61,586 bases of DNA from Candidatus Thorarchaeota archaeon (lineage in GTDB: Archaea; Asgardarchaeota; Thorarchaeia; Thorarchaeales; Thorarchaeaceae): NCBI GenBank assembly GCA_029855935.1, contig JAGSHN010000024.1, positions 1 to 61,586 of the forward strand, in the 5' to 3' direction. Below, one piece after another: positions 55,951 to 61,586 of this stretch (positions are counted from its first letter, which is position 1; each line of letters starts with the position of its first letter). The notes beneath the pieces are model-generated. The model saw nothing but the letters and a program-made list of their open reading frames with translations, was not told where the DNA came from and ran no database searches. A program made the translations under genes and the position numbers.

Positions 55951-58310
55951 CCAAGACCGTGATGGGCGCGAGTCCGGAGGTGGAGCCGGTTGAGCGGATG
56001 CTGAGGCGGTCAGAGGAGGCACCATCACGCGAGTATATACAGTGGGAGAACCGGAACAGACCTACAGGTCTGAGGGGCGTGCAGGCGCTCATCGGGCTCG
56101 CCCTTGTTGCCAGTGTGTTGTCACCGCCACTTGTCCTGATTGCCCTTGGAGTGTCTGCAGCCACCGTGGCTCTGCTCCGCTCAGGCCGCTCAAGGGCCAG
56201 AGGGACGTGGCGTGGACTGAACGGATGGAGGCGAATTCGACACCGGACGTCTCGATTGCGATACCATAGCACTCACGTCACCCTGCGGCGAGGCAGGTAC
56301 CTTGGCGGCGCCAGTCTGTCAGACGCAGCCCCCCATCTGTCTGGAAGACTGAGTGGACTGCTGCGGGCACTGTCGTCGCGCCACGGGTTTGCTCTTCTGG
56401 TCGAGCTGTCACCAGAGAGTGCAATCGGCCTGGATCCATCTGCACTGACCGAGTGGCAGGCTGAACATCTGCCCGGGTCTGAACGACAGCTGGAGTCACT
56501 GTTCTGGCGTCACGGATGTCTCTGGAGTGCGAGGGCCGTGATCTTGGCCCATGGACGGACCGAGCAATACGTGTCCACCACCCTAGACATTGCACTTGGC
56601 GCCCTAGGTGATGCAAATTGGGCGCGTCTTGACGGTCGTTCCCTGATGAGGAGGTATTGCAGACTGGACCTGCTCCCCGAATCGTCATTCTATGCCACAG
56701 GCGAAGAGCTCTCAGGATGGCTTGTACAATTGGCCAGCGAGCTATCCTCTGATCTTGGCAGCAACGTACCCGGGGAGTTTCTGACGCCAGCAAAGGTCGA
56801 GAAGTGTGATTACGTCCTTGGCAGAATCATCGACCCGGAGACTCTGCGACTTGGACCTGAGACCGGGCTGACCGACAAGGACCTTCAGGGTGGAGTATGG
56901 ATCGCTGGTGGGACGGATGTTGTGCGGAGAGAGGTGCTTGCGAGAGTCGTCTGCAGGCTGCTGGAGAGGGGCCAGAGAGTGGTGTACATCGCTACAGACT
57001 CGGCCGCAGGTGCCATCGCTTCCCTCGCCAGAGAGGCTGCGGTCTTGCAGCTCGGGCACAACCTGATATTGAACCCCGTCGACCCGGATGGCCTCCCTGC
57101 GAACAGATATGCTGTGCTCCTCCTGCGGGCGCTTGAGGGACTTCTTGAGCGTGACCGCCCGCGGGGCGACCTTGAAGGGGCTGTCGAGCTTGAGATGGCT
57201 CTTGCGCGAGCGATCTCGAGAAAGGATGCGACCCTCGCCGATGTATCTATTGACACTGCCGCTCTCAGCCCGACCGACTCCAGCTCTGGGGCTGGACCGC
57301 CCCGCCAGTCGAGCCCGTCGATGTATCGTTCGATGCTTGGTCTCACACTCGTAGAGGAGCTGTACAAAGGCAGTGCTGCGTCCGCATTCTACGGTAGCCA
57401 GACGCTCAGCGCCGAGGAGATGGCCTCAGGTGATCTCACAGTCATCACCCTACCTCTACCAACACGCGAGCTCCAGCGATTCGCTCTGGATCTTCTGCTT
57501 CTCAAGCTCAGTGGTGTTCCGCGTGACGACGCTCTTGTAGTTGTCGTGGAGAACGCCCACAACTTTGCTGGCAGGGAGTCTTGGTCACTTGCCCTCGTTG
57601 ACAGGCTGTTCCGTCGAGGACCGCTCATCCTCGGAACGGAAGCATTGTCCAAGATGCCAGACGTACTCCGCGGTCGTTTCTGCTCAGCCGGTGTTCTCCA
57701 GATGAGCGATTCATCGGACATCAGGGCAGCCGCGGACCTCCTCGGTCTGGGTGTCATAGCGACAGGTCTGCATAGCAAGAGTCGAAGTTCTCTGCGAGAG
57801 ACCTCGTTTCTGCGGACGATGGGACAAGACACCGTTCTCCTCAGGTCCGGTTCGCGTAGGCTGGCTGTGGCCGTCCGATTGTCGCCGGCTCCAGAACTGG
57901 AGAGTCGCCCGCTCTCTGATGTTCAGTCCACTGCGCGTCAGACCGAGTCAGTACGGCGAGATGATCGTGTCAGAGGAGATCGCTCTCTCACGTTGATCGA
58001 GGAGGTCGCCGGGCGTCAGGCCTCCCTTGCTGCCAGGATACTGCGGCTGCTGGAGAGATACGAGCCTCTCACGGTACGTGCGCTGGAGCAGTTTCTTGCG
58101 GCCAGTGAGGACAGCTCACCAGCCAGCTCCGCATCCGCCCCCGACGGTGAGGTGGACAGCGTGATAACACGTCTTGAACGCGCGAGTCTTGTGTTGCGTG
58201 GACACGAGGTCCACGGCAATGTCTCGTACACCAACTATCGCCTGACGATGAAGGGGCGGCTGGCTCTCAGACAGACGGAACAGGAGGAGAGGGAGGGACT
58301 AGCGGAGTGA
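55947..58310 (+). CDS. Membrane-anchored HerA/VirB4-like protein with degenerate Walker motifs and C-terminal winged helix
   Basis: Start after GGAGGTGA; TM hairpin; LGRIID...L..KDLQGGVWIAGGT, LILNP, VVVVENAHNF. Confidence 0.72.
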   Translation: MTKTVMGASPEVEPVERMLRRSEEAPSREYIQWENRNRPTGLRGVQALIGLALVASVLSPPLVLIALGVSAATVALLRSGRSRARGTWRGLNGWRRIRHRTSRLRYHSTHVTLRRGRYLGGASLSDAAPHLSGRLSGLLRALSSRHGFALLVELSPESAIGLDPSALTEWQAEHLPGSERQLESLFWRHGCLWSARAVILAHGRTEQYVSTTLDIALGALGDANWARLDGRSLMRRYCRLDLLPESSFYATGEELSGWLVQLASELSSDLGSNVPGEFLTPAKVEKCDYVLGRIIDPETLRLGPETGLTDKDLQGGVWIAGGTDVVRREVLARVVCRLLERGQRVVYIATDSAAGAIASLAREAAVLQLGHNLILNPVDPDGLPANRYAVLLLRALEGLLERDRPRGDLEGAVELEMALARAISRKDATLADVSIDTAALSPTDSSSGAGPPRQSSPSMYRSMLGLTLVEELYKGSAASAFYGSQTLSAEEMASGDLTVITLPLPTRELQRFALDLLLLKLSGVPRDDALVVVVENAHNFAGRESWSLALVDRLFRRGPLILGTEALSKMPDVLRGRFCSAGVLQMSDSSDIRAAADLLGLGVIATGLHSKSRSSLRETSFLRTMGQDTVLLRSGSRRLAVAVRLSPAPELESRPLSDVQSTARQTESVRRDDRVRGDRSLTLIEEVAGRQASLAARILRLLERYEPLTVRALEQFLAASEDSSPASSASAPDGEVDSVITRLERASLVLRGHEVHGNVSYTNYRLTMKGRLALRQTEQEEREGLAE

Positions 58311-60532
58311 CAGTGGCCGCGATCAAATCAGAGGTCCTCGACCTTCTCTCATCGGCTTCGTTGGAGCCGCGGGGAGTCCAGAGAGAGGCGATTGAGAGAG
58401 GCCTACTAGAGGGTGCCAGCCTAATGGTCTGCAGTCCGACAGGCTCGGGGAAGACTCTTGTTGGCGAGATGGCGGCTCTACGTGCCGTACTGTCTGGGGA
58501 GCGCGCCCTCTATCTCGTGCCCCTTCGTGCCCTCGCGGCCCAAGTCAGTTCGGTGATGAGGGAGCGCTACCAGGCCCGCGGAGTCCGAGTGGGCGTCACA
58601 ACGGGCGACTTTCAGACGGACGCTGAGTATCTTGCGGATGCCGAGATTATTGTGACAACCTTCGAGCGCGCGGACTCTCTGATGCGCCGTCGGGCACCTT
58701 GGCTCGACGAGGTCGGCACGGTGGTCGTTGATGAGGTCCAGACGATTGGAGAGCGCGGTAGGGGTGCCCGCCTTGAGTCGGTCCTGATGCGTCTGAGGAG
58801 ACTGCTGCCAGAGGTCCAGATCGTTGCACTGTCGGCGACAATAGGCGCTCCTGAGGAACTGGCTGAATGGCTTGGTTGCGACCTGATAGTTTCTGAGCAG
58901 CGTCCGGTGCCACTGCACTACTCAATCGTTCCCACTCGTGACAAGGTGCAGACGTTGAGAAACATCGTCCTTGCGACGGTACGCGCGGACGGCCAGTCAA
59001 TAGTCTTCGCAAGGACGCGGCGTGATGCAGAGAGCTTGGCCTCGCATCTTGCCCCTGAGATCGGACGGCATATGACATCAGCGGAACAGCGTGAGGTGAG
59101 CTCGGAGCTCGACTCTGTTGAGAACTGGTATGTCTCGCCGCCAAGGGCTCTTCGCGGTCTGTTGCATCACGGTGTCGCCTTTCATCACGCGGGCCTGTCC
59201 TATTCTGTCAGAGATCTGATTGAGCGGCTCTTCCGACGCGGGCTGCTTCGCGTTGTCTTCGCGACGTCGACGCTCTCCGCCGGAGTTGACTTTCCGGCAC
59301 GGACGGTCATTGTGACCGATGTCCGTTCACCTTCAGATCACCGGACTCTGATATCCGCGAACCAGCTTCATCAGATGCTCGGCCGAGCAGGCCGCCCCGG
59401 TCACGATACCATGGGGATGGGCATCGTACTAGTGGGAAGCAAGGGCGAGGCTGAGACGGTGCGTGACAGGTACTTCGACGTCATGGAGGACGCTGAGACT
59501 GGCGAAACAGTTCTGTTTCCACGGTACGACCGCGTGAACAGCGTCTTGAGCGACCCGGAGGCTCTGACCGAACAGGTTCTCGTCGCTCTGGCCACACTGG
59601 GAGAGTCTAGTCCCCAGAAACTGGTTGACGAGTATTTCAGCGACTCCTTTCTCTCATTCTGCAGCGTCCGGGACTCGAGAGCGCCAGCGAGGGTGCTGCC
59701 GATAGATGCCGTGGACGCGCGCGTGGCAATGGAGTGCAGGGCCTTCTCGGACACCGTGAGAGCCGCCAGCGAAGGGGTTCTAGGACATGCGACAATCCGC
59801 GAGAAGACGGAGACGACCATTGGCGGAATCGTTCGGGACTGGGACGGCAACCAGCACACATGCCGCTTCTCGTCTAGGACCGACGCTACTGGTCTGGTGG
59901 AGGGTCCGATGTGTTCCTGTGGCCAGCCCGTGGACAGACACGGGATACTCTGCCCCCATCTTGTCTGTCTTGGTATCACAGCCGCAACAGAGCTAGGCTC
60001 GTTGGCCGACTATGTGGTCCCACTTTCTCTTGATGTGACCAGTCCCGTGCAGGTGCTGGTGCGGCTGGGGCTGATTGAGGGTGCAGAGGGGAATGCGCTC
60101 AGAGCAACGCGTCTCGGTCGACTTGTGTGCCGGTTGTATCTCAGAATCTCGACCACGCGAGAGATGCTCGCTCTGCTGCCCCTGGTTGACAATGGTCAGG
60201 ACGTGGTAAGTCTTCTACGACACTTGGTCTCGCTGGAGATGGGGGCGAGACTACCCGACTCGTTCGAGTCGTTCATCGCGGGCCTGGCCTCGACAGGTAT
60301 TCCCCTCTCGAAGCTTGCTGCAGATGCGGAGATTGATGAGGGTGATGCCCTCGGTCTGGTGGACGCGTCGCGCTGGCTGCTCTCGGCCATGGCTGCAGTT
60401 GCGGACCACGGGGGCCTCGATACAGCTCGCGAGATCATCCAGTCGCTTCTGGTCGCGCTGGATGGTCGTAGTGAGGCATTTGGCAAGACAGTTGACGGAG
60501 AGTGTGAAACAGATGGCAATACTGAGCCGTGA
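58307..60532 (+). CDS. Ski2/Hel308-like SF2 helicase with inserted SWIM Zn finger
   Basis: PTGSGKT, DEVQ, SAT, FHHAGL, LSAGVDFPA, QMLGRAGRPG; CSC-x10-CPH; ATRLGRL. Confidence 0.92.
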   Translation: MTVAAIKSEVLDLLSSASLEPRGVQREAIERGLLEGASLMVCSPTGSGKTLVGEMAALRAVLSGERALYLVPLRALAAQVSSVMRERYQARGVRVGVTTGDFQTDAEYLADAEIIVTTFERADSLMRRRAPWLDEVGTVVVDEVQTIGERGRGARLESVLMRLRRLLPEVQIVALSATIGAPEELAEWLGCDLIVSEQRPVPLHYSIVPTRDKVQTLRNIVLATVRADGQSIVFARTRRDAESLASHLAPEIGRHMTSAEQREVSSELDSVENWYVSPPRALRGLLHHGVAFHHAGLSYSVRDLIERLFRRGLLRVVFATSTLSAGVDFPARTVIVTDVRSPSDHRTLISANQLHQMLGRAGRPGHDTMGMGIVLVGSKGEAETVRDRYFDVMEDAETGETVLFPRYDRVNSVLSDPEALTEQVLVALATLGESSPQKLVDEYFSDSFLSFCSVRDSRAPARVLPIDAVDARVAMECRAFSDTVRAASEGVLGHATIREKTETTIGGIVRDWDGNQHTCRFSSRTDATGLVEGPMCSCGQPVDRHGILCPHLVCLGITAATELGSLADYVVPLSLDVTSPVQVLVRLGLIEGAEGNALRATRLGRLVCRLYLRISTTREMLALLPLVDNGQDVVSLLRHLVSLEMGARLPDSFESFIAGLASTGIPLSKLAADAEIDEGDALGLVDASRWLLSAMAAVADHGGLDTAREIIQSLLVALDGRSEAFGKTVDGECETDGNTEP

Positions 60533-61586
60533 CGATGATGATGTTGGAGAGATGATGCCCCTTGCGGGTAGCGAGAAGAGCCACGATGTGGCCCGTGTTC
60601 TCCTCGACAGTGGGCACAGAGTGGCACAGCTGCCCAATGGCGTGACATTGGGTGTGCGGCTTGAGGGAATTCCGTACTCCTGCGGCGTTCACGTTGATGT
60701 GGTCTTCGTGGTCGACCTTCGTCGAGCGCGATTCGGAAGAGGCCCATTCGCTATGAAGACTGCTCTATGGCCGATTGTCACGCAGCGCCTTGACAGCCTC
60801 CTAGAACACGTCGCCCTCTCGGATGTGCTCAAGACGCGAACGATTCTCACTCAGCGCGGGAGGATCTCGTTTGACGTCCTGGAGCATCCAGACGGTCGCA
60901 GTACGTCCTTCATCCACGAAACCCGCACAATATACGTCGTCACAGGTGACCTGCGACCGACAGTTGACCTGTCCTGGCTGACGAGGCCGAGTCGTGTGGT
61001 CACGGCAGAGGAGTTTCCTCTCGTCCGTGCGAGCGACATTCGCGCCTCACGACCAGTCCTTGAAGAGGTGGTTGACGCCGAGAAGTGGGAGGACCTTGAG
61101 TCCCTAATACGATCGACTTGGATCTCGATCTTTCTCACCGGGCTGGCTGCTCTGCTATTCCTGAGCTACGCCGTGGGCCTTGGTTCGACGTCACTCCTCG
61201 TACACGGACCACTAATCATCGCGGCTGCGGGCCTAGCTGTCGTGGTGGTGTGGCTGCAGCTCAGAGCTGGTCGGCTGTTCAGGGCCTTTGTCGAGACCAC
61301 AGAGCGTGAGATCAGAGCGCTCCAGAGGTCTGATGACGTTGGGATTGTCGAACGCCACTTCAGCGAGGCCGGCGATGCACTACGTATCCTGGAGAGCCTG
61401 CAGATCAGAGTACCTCCGCTCCTTATCTCCGCAGCCGAGGCTCTCCGTTCCCATGATTGCAATGTTGCTGTGCAGCTCGCATCTGCCATCCTTGACGACT
61501 GCGTGACGCTCTCGACCTTTGGCGTTGTTTCCGATGACGAGTTTGCCACAGCTGACACGGGACTGGGCGTCTTCCTCGGGCTCTTC
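60513..61586 (+). CDS. Membrane protein (partial; runs off right edge)
   Basis: Not in the ORF track. Manual translation from ATG 60513 (MAILSRDDDDVGEMM...) is open to the window end, with two central TM helices (WISIFLTGLAALLFLSYAV; PLIIAAAGLAVVVVWL). Confidence 0.72.
   Translation, partial: MAILSRDDDDVGEMMPLAGSEKSHDVARVLLDSGHRVAQLPNGVTLGVRLEGIPYSCGVHVDVVFVVDLRRARFGRGPFAMKTALWPIVTQRLDSLLEHVALSDVLKTRTILTQRGRISFDVLEHPDGRSTSFIHETRTIYVVTGDLRPTVDLSWLTRPSRVVTAEEFPLVRASDIRASRPVLEEVVDAEKWEDLESLIRSTWISIFLTGLAALLFLSYAVGLGSTSLLVHGPLIIAAAGLAVVVVWLQLRAGRLFRAFVETTEREIRALQRSDDVGIVERHFSEAGDALRILESLQIRVPPLLISAAEALRSHDCNVAVQLASAILDDCVTLSTFGVVSDDEFATADTGLGVFLGLF

Noticed and set aside
49718-61586. Integrated virus or conjugative element as the explanation for the operon
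   Set aside because: No integrase, relaxase, capsid gene, att site or obvious composition shift was seen. It cannot be fully excluded because the operon runs off the window.

Overview
A gene-dense archaeal chromosomal segment, probably from an Asgard archaeon (Thorarchaeia-like). This is inferred from the archaeal-type PheRS, aRF1 and RadA together with Roadblock proteins, a site-1-protease-like S8 peptidase, and SCP2, CpXC and GH3 genes. The left 44 kb holds mostly housekeeping, metabolic, transport and regulatory genes. The main candidate for an undescribed system is a tightly coupled operon of at least 11 genes (about 49.7 kb to the window end). It combines a full-length RadA paralog, an Fe-S XPD/Rad3-family helicase and a Hel308/Ski2-like helicase with an inserted SWIM Zn finger. 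It also encodes a membrane-anchored HerA/VirB4-like protein with degenerate Walker motifs, two further membrane proteins and several unknown proteins. The content suggests a DNA-transfer-coupled recombination module. A compact Mre11/hook-less mini-Rad50 pair lies 3 kb upstream. Other oddities are a Cas4-like nuclease split into two membrane-anchored ORFs, a degenerate histidine kinase beside a His-to-Asp PEP-mobile domain, an EamA-RAM fusion, and structured leaders before ssb and pheS. No rRNA, tRNA, CRISPR array or transposase was recognised. All family calls come from reading motifs by eye; no database search was run.
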